Origin: Gammaproteobacteria bacterium
Lineage (GTDB): Bacteria > Pseudomonadota > Gammaproteobacteria > Arenicellales > JAJDZL01
Direction of reading: 5' to 3'
Assembly (NCBI GenBank): GCA_022823625.1
Contig: JAJEHQ010000004.1
Coordinates: forward strand, 8,851-72,850
DNA length: 64,000 nt
Positions 8,378 through 17,334 of the stretch are shown one piece after another (within the stretch, counting starts at the first letter, position 1; every line of letters starts with the position of its first letter). The notes under the pieces were generated by a model. That model ran no database searches and was not told where the DNA came from. It was given only the letters and a program-made list of their open reading frames with translations. The translations under genes and the position numbers were made by a program.

Positions 8378-9766
8378 ATGACGACCCTTTCCTCAACACA
8401 TCACACACCGCCACCGGCTAAGAATATTCCGATGCTGACCGGTGGATTGCCCTTGATTGGTCATCTGACGGAGTTTTTAAAGGATCCGGTTTCGATGTTG
8501 ATCCGTGGGTGGCATGAGCAGGGAGAGTTGTTTCAATTTCGTCTCGGTACGCGTAAATTCGTCTTGTTTGCCGGTCCCGAAGCGCATGATTGTTATTTCA
8601 GGGCGCCCCGAGATCACATGAGCGCTAAAGACGTCTATCAATTCACAGTACCAATTTTTGGTCGTGGTGTAGCCTACGACGTTTCCCCCGAACTGATGTC
8701 TGAGCAGTTGGGATTTCTCTACCCGGAACTGCGCGAATCCGCGTTACGCAAGTTTTCTGACATTATGTTTGAGGAGACAATGAATTTTGCTGATGCCATG
8801 GGCCAACAAGGAGAATTGGATTTACCACAGGCGATGAATCAGCTTACGATCAATATTGCCAGTCACTGCCTCATAGGTCCTGAGGTCCGTAATCAGTTGA
8901 ACGCTGGGTTTGCGGAAAGCTATCACGATTTGCAGAATGGAATCAACACCCTAGGCTTTTTCTTTCCTCATTTACCGACACCGGCGCATCGAAGTCGCGA
9001 TCGGGCACGGAAATCCATTTCCGAAATGTTTGAACGAATTGTCATGGAGCGACGGCGTACGGGTGCTAGGTCGGATGATTTCATGCAGAAAGTTATGGAA
9101 AGTCGTTACAAAGATGGCCGTGCGGTTACCGACGAAGAGATTACTGGAATTCTACTGACCGTATTGTTCGCGGGTCAGCACACTAGCGCAGTTCTTGCAA
9201 CCTGGACCTGTTTGGAACTTTTGAATTCGCCGTCGTACATTGACAAATTGCGGAACGAGATGCAGGAAATTTATGCAAATGAAAACGCTTCAAACATTGA
9301 CACCTTAAAGCAACAATCGTTGATGGAGTACACCATACGCGAAAACGAGCGACTACATCCGCCATTGATTTTGTTGATTCGAAAAGTACTCAAACCTGTG
9401 CAATTCGGTGATCATTCCGTACCCGCCGGCACCCTCGCCATGGTATCACCGGCAGCTGCTCACCGCTTGCCTCACCTATTCGCCAATCCAGACCGGTTCT
9501 ATCCGGAAAGATTTGCATCACCGAACCGCGAAGACAAACAACACCGCTACACTTTGATAGGTTTTGGCGGCGGTAATCACATGTGTATGGGGAAGCATTT
9601 TGCCTACCTGCAACTTAAAACGATCTGGACTGTACTGCTTGATCGCTTTGATTTTTTTACCGATCGAGACATTCCTGCCCCGAATTATGGCAGTTGGGTG
9701 ACAGGTCCCAAGGAGCCTTGTCGGGTTCGTTACCAACATCGCTCAAAATCTGGCATTTTCCATTGA
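8378..9766 (+). CDS. cyp51: Sterol 14-alpha-demethylase (CYP51)
   Basis: CYP51 signatures are present: YQFTVPIFGRGVAYDV, I-helix FAGQHTSA, and Cys loop FGGGNHMCMG. There is no fused ferredoxin domain (462 aa). Confidence 0.85.
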   Translation: MTTLSSTHHTPPPAKNIPMLTGGLPLIGHLTEFLKDPVSMLIRGWHEQGELFQFRLGTRKFVLFAGPEAHDCYFRAPRDHMSAKDVYQFTVPIFGRGVAYDVSPELMSEQLGFLYPELRESALRKFSDIMFEETMNFADAMGQQGELDLPQAMNQLTINIASHCLIGPEVRNQLNAGFAESYHDLQNGINTLGFFFPHLPTPAHRSRDRARKSISEMFERIVMERRRTGARSDDFMQKVMESRYKDGRAVTDEEITGILLTVLFAGQHTSAVLATWTCLELLNSPSYIDKLRNEMQEIYANENASNIDTLKQQSLMEYTIRENERLHPPLILLIRKVLKPVQFGDHSVPAGTLAMVSPAAAHRLPHLFANPDRFYPERFASPNREDKQHRYTLIGFGGGNHMCMGKHFAYLQLKTIWTVLLDRFDFFTDRDIPAPNYGSWVTGPKEPCRVRYQHRSKSGIFH

Positions 9767-12700
9767 GCAATAGTCTAGGATTCTATGACGTCGCCATCGT
9801 CGGCGCTGGTCCTGTCGGGAGCGTATGTGCCCTCGCCTACGCAAAAAAGGGCGCTCAAGTTGCTCTGTTCGAAGCGAATCCGAAGGCCTCCAAACGACTG
9901 GCCGGTGAGTGGTTGCATCCGCCGGCTCTTCGAATTCTAAACGAGGTCGGGGTTGAGATTGAATCGCAAATCGAAAGCGTCCCCGGCAACGGGTTTGCTG
10001 TGTTTCCGGAAGACGGCTCGGAACCGATTATACTTCCTTATGCGAACGGGTCCCGCGGTTTGGCATGTGAACATTCAGCACTCGTCTCGCTTCTTCATCA
10101 AAGTGTACAAAATGAGTCTAATATCGACTTTTTTGTTCCAGTTAAGGTTCTTGAAGCCACATCTGGTCAGATATCCATAGCTCTCAACGGAACCAATACT
10201 ACTGTCAACGCCAACCGAATTGTCGGTGCCGACGGTCGCGCATCAACTGTTCGCAAGTCACTGGGATTGCAGACTGGTCGGGTAACCTGCTCGCGTATGG
10301 TGGGGGTGATCGTTGAAGGGGAAGACTTGCAACTGAAGGGTTATGGCCATGTTCTGCTGGGTGGGCCAGGTCCGATTCTCATGTACCAATTGGGGCATGA
10401 TCGCGTCCGGATAATCGTCGATGTGCCGTTGAATCACTGGATTCCGCGTGACCGTATTGGGCTGTTGTCGGAAGCTTACGCCGATCGGCTACCTGAACAA
10501 CTCAGATCTGGATTTGTCGAAGCACTCCAGAACGGAAAATTTCATGCTGCAAACAATGAAATTAGAGCGCGAACGACTCATGGGAATTCAAACCTTGTTC
10601 TTGTAGGCGACGCAGTCGGAAATTACCATCCTATGACTGCGGTCGGCATGACTCTCGGTTTTGGTGATGCTTTCGATTTGGCGATGCACGAGAACTTTCG
10701 AGCATTTTCCTCCAAACGTCACTTGGCAACTCGCGGCCCTGAGTTACTGGCGATGGGTTTGTACGAGATTTTTGCTGACTATCGACGCGAATCAGCGGAA
10801 CTAAGGAGAGCGATTTATAGTAATTGGCGAAAACATCCTTTAGCCCGCAAAGGAACTGTAAGTCTACTTGCTTGTGAAAACACGTCGGTTGTTCATCTTT
10901 CTTTCACTGTTTCCACGATAGTCGCCCTTACGCTCCTTAGACAACTCCCGCGTAACTTTGAAAGACTACCCTGGAACCGTGCATTCAAAGTCATGAATGC
11001 TACCACTGGACGGTTGGTATGGCTGGTGCGCGGCATTATCGCCCAACGTAGAGACCGAAATAGAGGTGGCGAAAAAGACTTTCTTGCCCGTGATTCATTA
11101 GCCCGCGCATTCCTAATTTCCATTCCAACGAGATCCGATGATTCCAGGTCAATTCTCCAAAAGATTCATTCTCCCGATGTCGGTCCTGCCTTGGAGAGGG
11201 CTACAGAGCGTTTGTTGAGTCTCCAGAATGACAATGGCAGCTGGGAAGGAGAAATGGTTTGGTGTCCCATGCTCACCGCCCAATACGCTCTGCTACACTA
11301 CATTCTCGATCAGCCGCTGGAGCCACAACGACGACAACTTATCCTGCTTAGTTTCGAGAAGACTCGTCTTGAACAAGGGGTATGGGGTATGCACGAGCAT
11401 TCCTCACCTCATCTTTTCGTTACCACCCTTGTGTATGTCACATCGAGACTGCTTGGAGTCAGTCAAGATGATCCTTTGATCGAACCAGCGAGGCAGTTCC
11501 TGCAGGCAGAAGGGGTTGTCAATATTCCAAGTTGGGGCAAGTTTTGGCTAGCGCTGCTTAATCTCTACGACTGGGACGGAGTCCATGCTGTACTGCCAGA
11601 ATTGTGGCGACTGCCGCGTTGGTTTGTATTACATCCCTCTAAGTGGTATTGCCACACCAGGCTAATTTACATGGCTATGGCAACAGTTTACTCACAACGA
11701 TACCAAGCACCGATTACATCCACGATCACCTCTTTACGAGAAGAACTTTTTCCCCAAGGTTTTGACAAGGTGAATTTTTCCGAAGCCCGAAACAGTTTGC
11801 GAGAAGCTGATTTATTCTGCCGGCCGAGTCTGTGGCTTCGAGCCGGGTATTGCCTGACAAGAGCGTATGAAAAAGTTCATCTAAAGCGCCAAAGGACTCA
11901 AACTGTCGACAGACTGCTCAAACGAATCAAGTGGGAGTTGCAAACCACTAACCACACAAGCATATCTCCTGTCAGCGGTTTGCTCAATATTCTTGCCTTG
12001 TGGTTGCATGATCGGAATGACTCTGACATGTTGCAGGCGCTATCGCAGTTGGATGGTTGGATTTGGGAGGACGAGGAACAAGGTACGCGAGTTACCGGTG
12101 CAAGGAGTGCTTCGTGGGATACCGGGTTTGCGTTGCAGGCGTTGGCGAAGGTAGCTGAATTAGACAAGGTTCAGAACGCACTCACACATGGCTCTGAATT
12201 TTTGAGCCAAGAGCAAATTGTCAACAGTTTTCAGGGATATCAAGAGGCGAATCGTGCCGACCCTAAAGGTGGTTGGTGTTTTGCGGGAGGATGGCATGGC
12301 TGGCCGGTGTCCGACTGTACTGCAGAGGCTGCACTTGGAATTCTTGCTGTCCATGGCAAAAATTCTGACACCAGCACGTTGAGTGAAGCCGTACAGTTCA
12401 TGTTACGGAGCCAAAATCGAAATGGTGGTTTTGGCAGTTATGAATCAAAACGTTCAATGCTTGGTCTGGAGTGGCTTAATCCAGCTGAGATGTTTGGCGA
12501 ATCAATGACCGAGCACTCCTTTGTCGAATGCACTGCATCGTGCCTTAGCGCACTTAGTGAATTCAAGAGTCATTTCCCACAACTTGCAGACCAGACCGTA
12601 ACGAACGCCATTTCTAGAGGCGAAGCCTGGCTTCGCCGAACGCAAGCGAATGACGGATCATGGCGCGGCGTGTGGGGCGTTCAGTACATTTACGGCACCT

Positions 12701-13143
12701 TGTTTGGGATTCGGGGTTTGCTTGCGGCGGGAGCGAATCCTGGCGACCCGGCACTGCGACTGGCCTGCCATTGGCTGTTAGAGCGCCAACGCAATGATGG
12801 CGGTTGGGGAGAAAGTCACCGAGGCTGCTTCACTGGCCAATACATCGGGCTTGTGGAGAGTCAAGTTATCCAGACCGCGTGGGCTCTCATCGCACTGCTT
12901 GAGGCAGGTGACTCCAACTGGCACGCGATTTCAAATGGAATTGGCTATTTGCTCAACACGCAAAATGTGGATGGAACATGGCCAAAGCAAAATATGGTTG
13001 GTGTGTTTTTTCGCACTGCTCTGTTGGACTATGTACTGTATCGACAATACTTTCCTTTGCATGCATTGTGCCTCTACCAGCAACGACGTAAGATGCGTCA
13101 GTCGGTGAAAGTTGACACTGATTGCTGCACAGTAGCAGACTGA
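9763..13143 (+). CDS. Squalene monooxygenase - oxidosqualene cyclase fusion protein
   Basis: One uninterrupted frame. N-terminal FAD domain: YDVAIVGAGPVGS, VGADGRAS, GDAVGNYHPMTAVGMT. C-terminal cyclase: VSDCTAEA plus QW repeats (RSQNRNGGFGSY, RTQANDGSWRGVWG, ERQRNDGGWGES, NTQNVDGTWP). The start is uncertain. The TTG at 9763 overlaps the CYP51 TGA, and the track ORF begins at a TTG at 9694. Confidence 0.8.
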   Translation: MSNSLGFYDVAIVGAGPVGSVCALAYAKKGAQVALFEANPKASKRLAGEWLHPPALRILNEVGVEIESQIESVPGNGFAVFPEDGSEPIILPYANGSRGLACEHSALVSLLHQSVQNESNIDFFVPVKVLEATSGQISIALNGTNTTVNANRIVGADGRASTVRKSLGLQTGRVTCSRMVGVIVEGEDLQLKGYGHVLLGGPGPILMYQLGHDRVRIIVDVPLNHWIPRDRIGLLSEAYADRLPEQLRSGFVEALQNGKFHAANNEIRARTTHGNSNLVLVGDAVGNYHPMTAVGMTLGFGDAFDLAMHENFRAFSSKRHLATRGPELLAMGLYEIFADYRRESAELRRAIYSNWRKHPLARKGTVSLLACENTSVVHLSFTVSTIVALTLLRQLPRNFERLPWNRAFKVMNATTGRLVWLVRGIIAQRRDRNRGGEKDFLARDSLARAFLISIPTRSDDSRSILQKIHSPDVGPALERATERLLSLQNDNGSWEGEMVWCPMLTAQYALLHYILDQPLEPQRRQLILLSFEKTRLEQGVWGMHEHSSPHLFVTTLVYVTSRLLGVSQDDPLIEPARQFLQAEGVVNIPSWGKFWLALLNLYDWDGVHAVLPELWRLPRWFVLHPSKWYCHTRLIYMAMATVYSQRYQAPITSTITSLREELFPQGFDKVNFSEARNSLREADLFCRPSLWLRAGYCLTRAYEKVHLKRQRTQTVDRLLKRIKWELQTTNHTSISPVSGLLNILALWLHDRNDSDMLQALSQLDGWIWEDEEQGTRVTGARSASWDTGFALQALAKVAELDKVQNALTHGSEFLSQEQIVNSFQGYQEANRADPKGGWCFAGGWHGWPVSDCTAEAALGILAVHGKNSDTSTLSEAVQFMLRSQNRNGGFGSYESKRSMLGLEWLNPAEMFGESMTEHSFVECTASCLSALSEFKSHFPQLADQTVTNAISRGEAWLRRTQANDGSWRGVWGVQYIYGTLFGIRGLLAAGANPGDPALRLACHWLLERQRNDGGWGESHRGCFTGQYIGLVESQVIQTAWALIALLEAGDSNWHAISNGIGYLLNTQNVDGTWPKQNMVGVFFRTALLDYVLYRQYFPLHALCLYQQRRKMRQSVKVDTDCCTVAD

Positions 13144-13337
13144 CCTCAAACTTACCGGAACACTAATTTCGAAATTGAGGTTAATCTATCCGGTACAACG
13201 CATCAGACGGAATTGTTTCAGGTGCAGCGTGGCTCGCATTGCTCAACGGACCCAGCGCTTTCCTTTCAATCTCACTAACTCAATTCGACAGATACTGACA
13301 GCATCGCCGTTAGGTACGGCGATTGTAAAAAGCTGAC

Positions 13338-14399
13338 TTAACTGTTTGAATGATGGGGTTTACGTGCCAAAAAGTAGTACATTGTCGTAAATGTACCGGT
13401 TTCACCACCTTTGACAATTGCATCAGCCGCTCTGTTCAAAATGGTGCTGACCATACGAGCGCCTTTAGGAAACAGTCGTACTCTCTCGCCGATTCTCAAC
13501 ACCAGGTTGGTAATCGCACGTCCCGCAGGTGTACGGGGAATACTCCGGAATGTGATGTCACGTCCTTGCAAGGGGCGATACCAAGGTATATCAGAGTTCG
13601 ATGCGCTAGCTAAGTCGCGCGCATCAAGGACCTCGAATCCAGCCTCGCACAATGCTTCATATACCCCTTTCGTGGTGGATATTCTGGGCAGCGCATTTCC
13701 AATCTCAATGTCTCTGACAATTCGCCTGTGTTCTGCATTTTGCGAATCAAACAATTCAGTTACGCACCAATCGTACCCGGCAAAACTCGCTCCTGGGCGA
13801 AGAACACGCAGTATTTCTCCAAACGCCGCTGTCTTGTCTGGCGCATGGGGCATGGACTCGATGGCGAAAGCACCATCAAAGCAATCATTGTCTTCAGGTA
13901 TCTTCATGTAATCGCCATGAATGAAGCGGCACAGCGACTTGATGTCCTCAGCCTGTGTAACTTCTTTGGCGCGCTTTATTTGGTACGCGTTGTTGTTAAG
14001 CCCTACAAATTTAGCCCCTGAATAGCGAGCCAATTCAGCCATTGGTCCCCCTACTCCGCACCCCACATCGAGAATATGCATTCCAGGTTTCAGGGACATT
14101 TGGTCCGCAATAAAATGCTGATGCCTCAGTAATGACGCCTTAAAACTCTCACCTCGTCGTCGAGGTGCAAAGTGAAATGAATTGCCCCAACCAAACTCGT
14201 AGAAGTCAGTTGCCAAGTTGTAGTAGTGGTTGACAAATTTCTGGTAGGTTTCTTTTCGATGTTCTTCGCCAGACTCATAGATTTTTTCATATTCATTGAC
14301 CACAGAATCGACTTCATCATCGGACAGGGCACCGAGCAGCCCAGAAGAATTCAGTTGTTTGTCAAATACCGATGGTAAATCTTTATTTTCTTCAGCCAA
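13338..14399 (-). CDS. Sterol C-24 methyltransferase (Erg6/SMT family), paralog A
   Basis: Region-I motif FYEFGWGNSFHFAP, SAM motif ILDVGCGVGGP, then NNNAYQI. TTG start. Confidence 0.85.
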   Translation of the reverse strand: MAEENKDLPSVFDKQLNSSGLLGALSDDEVDSVVNEYEKIYESGEEHRKETYQKFVNHYYNLATDFYEFGWGNSFHFAPRRRGESFKASLLRHQHFIADQMSLKPGMHILDVGCGVGGPMAELARYSGAKFVGLNNNAYQIKRAKEVTQAEDIKSLCRFIHGDYMKIPEDNDCFDGAFAIESMPHAPDKTAAFGEILRVLRPGASFAGYDWCVTELFDSQNAEHRRIVRDIEIGNALPRISTTKGVYEALCEAGFEVLDARDLASASNSDIPWYRPLQGRDITFRSIPRTPAGRAITNLVLRIGERVRLFPKGARMVSTILNRAADAIVKGGETGTFTTMYYFLARKPHHSNS

Positions 14400-14445
14400 G
14401 CGAATGATCCTACTGAGTTGAAATAACGAAAGTCATTGAGCAAAA

Positions 14446-14455
14446 CTTCTAGAAG
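14446..14455. promoter_or_regulatory. 10-bp perfect palindrome CTTCTAGAAG in the SMT-A leader (candidate operator)
   Basis: It lies ~47 nt upstream of the SMT-A start. A near-identical element sits at the same relative position upstream of SMT-B. Confidence 0.3.
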
Positions 14456-14844
14456 GCTATCAACGGATTGATTTACAGTTGGGTGGAACCTATACATTGA
14501 TTTTTAAATTGCTCATTCACTGCAAAAATCATAAATCCAATACTTGAATCTTCAGGGCATTCGAATTATGCGCTGTCAGACAGTAAAAGGTAAGTGCCAT
14601 TTTGTGCATTGGAATCGTGCAACAACTGAACCAAAGCGTGACTCAATTTGAGCAGATTCGAGGTTGGTGAATAACGGATATCCTTAAATATTTGACTAAC
14701 TGCAGAAAATTAAACTGTGGTATTTTACGGTTCTCATTCGCAACTCACCAATTTATTGCACCATCAACTTCTTAAATTAAATCAAATCTATACTCGAACA
14801 AAATTCTATTTTTCAGTGGCGGCTCAGTTCAATTCTACTCACCT

Positions 14845-15663
14845 CTAACGGATACGCTTTATCGCTGTTTGCGTAAAGTTGCTTTCATCAAGGTCAGTCT
14901 TAAACTCCAGATCCGACCAAAGCATGTCGGTGCTCTTACCGGTAAGATGGTTCACCATCATGATCTTGCTAGCTTGCCAGAAATTATTGAGATACTTTTC
15001 GTAGTTCTCAAGGGTCATCGTTTTTAGGTGTGCGTTTCTACGGTCAAAGAAATGAACCTGCTGGACACGAAGCTCTTCCCGGTCGTACCAAACCAGATGA
15101 CGCGAATAACCTGAATCGGCGCTGACTGGAACACGCTCCAATACTGCACACTGCAAATCGCCGCAGGGTTCGTCGCGCAAGAATTTATGCGTATATTTCT
15201 CAATTTCAACCGCGCCAAGATCCTCGTAAGCAAACTCACTACCCATAAAGGAACCTGACTGTTTTGACGAACTGATCCGTTTTACTCGTTTGAGCGCGGG
15301 TAGATAAAGCCATTGATCATCAGGCTCGAACTTATGGGCATGAACTAGAAAGGCTGTTCCTTTGACGTCACGCGGCTCATCAAACACAAACAGGGAACGG
15401 TCGCCATCCTCTTCAACTTCCAGCACTTTCAACCGCACTTTGCGCGAAGATTCCTTACCCTGTTTGTTTCGCAAAATCATGGTAAGACTTGCCGTGTAAT
15501 TAACAAATCCATACTGCTTTTGGCGGGCTTCCATTGCAATTTGAAACCCTATTTCCTCAGCATTCTGTGCACTCACGGTGAATGGCGTCATAACCAATGC
15601 AAATACAGCAAAATAGATGCTAAGTGATCCGAGGTTGTAATTACGATGAGAAAGACTTTGCAT
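14845..15663 (-). CDS. LolA-like outer-membrane lipoprotein-sorting family protein (periplasmic lipid carrier candidate)
   Basis: Signal peptide present. The core DGDRSLFVFDEPRDVKGTAFL...DDQWLYLPALKRVKRISSSKQSGSFMGSEFAYEDL matches the remembered LolA_like family, which usually partners MMPL/RND permeases. Confidence 0.65.
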   Translation of the reverse strand: MQSLSHRNYNLGSLSIYFAVFALVMTPFTVSAQNAEEIGFQIAMEARQKQYGFVNYTASLTMILRNKQGKESSRKVRLKVLEVEEDGDRSLFVFDEPRDVKGTAFLVHAHKFEPDDQWLYLPALKRVKRISSSKQSGSFMGSEFAYEDLGAVEIEKYTHKFLRDEPCGDLQCAVLERVPVSADSGYSRHLVWYDREELRVQQVHFFDRRNAHLKTMTLENYEKYLNNFWQASKIMMVNHLTGKSTDMLWSDLEFKTDLDESNFTQTAIKRIR

Positions 15664-16209
15664 TTTTACCTCCTAATCACTACAACAGAAGAGTGGTAAA
15701 GGCCTGGGATATAAGGAAGTTACTGACCGCGACCCGACTCTGGAACATAGTTCGCGTGTCAACTGGTGTGACGGGTGCACGATTATCTTGACGTTGAACT
15801 TTAGTTTTCATCCTCGGCCGTGAAACAACGTTCAATCGTTTACGTCATCAACGCCATTTTTCATCATTGGTACTTTTGGTGATGTTATCCTGTCAAAAGT
15901 CACAACTAATGGTGTCGACCATCAGAAATACTGCACCAAAACCTTCCGACGGTGACTGAATATCGGTACGAACTCACAAGTCTTTGGCATAGATTTAATT
16001 GTATCACCTTCGATGGTTCCAAACGGACGGGGACCTGACGCGTCAGAAAAAGGGGCAAATTCAAGCTTGGATGAAATTTATGTGTGGACATGGGTTTTCT
16101 GTCTTTGTGGTAGTTTATCTTATTGATTATGTTTAGAAATTACCACAAATGGAAGCCTATTTGAGTTTGGCGAGTAATTCAAGCTGGGGAATGCAATAAT
16201 AATTCCGAT

Positions 16210-17283
16210 TTAACTGTCTGGATTATGGGGTTTACGTACCAGGAAAAAATATAGTGGTGTAAATATTCCAGTCTCACCGGCTTCGATGAATGCATTCCCC
16301 GCCCTGCCCAGAAATGTGGTGATTTTGTGAGTCCCTTTCGGAACTCCCCGTACTTTCTCACCTATCCTTAACACCAATTTGGTGACTGCACGACCGGTAG
16401 GTGTGATTAGAATATTTCTAAGTGTGAAGTCTGTGAAGTGACGACCTTGAAAGATGTTATACCATGGTATATCGGAGCCAGATATGTGAGCAAGGTCACA
16501 CGTATCGAGAACTTCGAATCCAGCCTCGCAAAATGCTTCACAAATTTCTGCTGCGGTGGAAATTTTGGGTAGTGCGGTCCCAATCTCAATGTCTTCAATA
16601 ATCCGCGTGTGTTCAGCATTCTGCGAGTCAAAAAAGTCGGTTACACACCAATCGTGACCCGCAAAACAAGCCCCTGGACGCAATACACGAAAAACTTCCC
16701 GGAACGCTGCTGTTTTGTCTGGTGCATGCTGCATGGACTCGATGGCGATCGCGCCATCAAAGCAATCGTTGTCTTCGGGTATCTGCATGTAATCGCCATG
16801 AACAAAATCGCACAACGACCCAATATCCTCAGCTTGCGTGATTTGTCTTGCACGTTTAATTTGGTACGCGTTATTGTTAAGTCCCACAAAACTAGCCCCG
16901 GAATAGCGGGCCAATTCAGCCATTGGAGCTCCGATTCCACACCCTACATCGAGTATATGCATTCCCGGTTTCAGGGACATTTGGTCTGCAATAAAGTGCT
17001 GATATCGGAATTTCGACGACTTAAGACTCTCACCCAATCGTCGAGGTGCAAAATGAAAAGATCTGCCCCAGACGAACTCGAATAATCCAGTTACCAGGTC
17101 GTAATAATGATTGACATATCTCTGATATGTCTCTTTTCGATGTTCCTCGCCAGACTCATAAATTTGTTGGTATTCATTGGCCACGGAACTAATTTCATCC
17201 TTGGACAGGTCTCCGAACAAACTGGAAGAATTCATCGCTTTTTTTGGCGACCGTGACGATGGTTTATTTTGATCAGTAGCCAC
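16210..17283 (-). CDS. Sterol C-24 methyltransferase (Erg6/SMT family), paralog B
   Basis: Region I is LFEFVWGRSFHFAP (Phe where paralog A has Tyr), followed by ILDVGCGIGAP. The GTG start is preceded by GGGAGGAG. Confidence 0.85.
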   Translation of the reverse strand: MATDQNKPSSRSPKKAMNSSSLFGDLSKDEISSVANEYQQIYESGEEHRKETYQRYVNHYYDLVTGLFEFVWGRSFHFAPRRLGESLKSSKFRYQHFIADQMSLKPGMHILDVGCGIGAPMAELARYSGASFVGLNNNAYQIKRARQITQAEDIGSLCDFVHGDYMQIPEDNDCFDGAIAIESMQHAPDKTAAFREVFRVLRPGACFAGHDWCVTDFFDSQNAEHTRIIEDIEIGTALPKISTAAEICEAFCEAGFEVLDTCDLAHISGSDIPWYNIFQGRHFTDFTLRNILITPTGRAVTKLVLRIGEKVRGVPKGTHKITTFLGRAGNAFIEAGETGIFTPLYFFLVRKPHNPDS

Positions 17284-17326
17284 ATCTCCTCCCTGAGTTG
17301 ATACTTCGAATTAAATTGATCAAGAA

Positions 17327-17334
17327 TTCTAGAA
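17327..17334. promoter_or_regulatory. TTCTAGAA palindrome in the SMT-B leader (candidate operator)
   Basis: It lies ~44 nt upstream of the SMT-B start, within a ~55-nt leader similar to that of SMT-A (shared CTGAGTTGA...ATTGA.CAA...TTCTAGAAG). Confidence 0.3.

Noticed and set aside
9694-9762. The upstream TTG at 9694 as the start of the SQMO-OSC fusion.
   Set aside because: It would overlap CYP51 by 73 nt and add 23 residues before the Rossmann fold. The TTG at 9763 gives the usual short N-terminus and a TTGA stop/start overlap. This remains uncertain.
13303-13323. A perfect 8-bp hairpin (ATCGCCGT-TAGGT-ACGGCGAT) between the convergent cyclase and SMT-A genes, considered as a terminator.
   Set aside because: No U-tract follows it on either strand (A-run on plus, mixed sequence on minus), so I cannot call it an intrinsic terminator. 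It may still be a stabilising or Rho-related structure.
16035-16046. A 12-bp perfect palindrome, CTGACGCGTCAG, in the 546-bp gap upstream of the LolA-like gene.
   Set aside because: It is a single occurrence with no partner site or positional logic that I could establish, and it could be chance.
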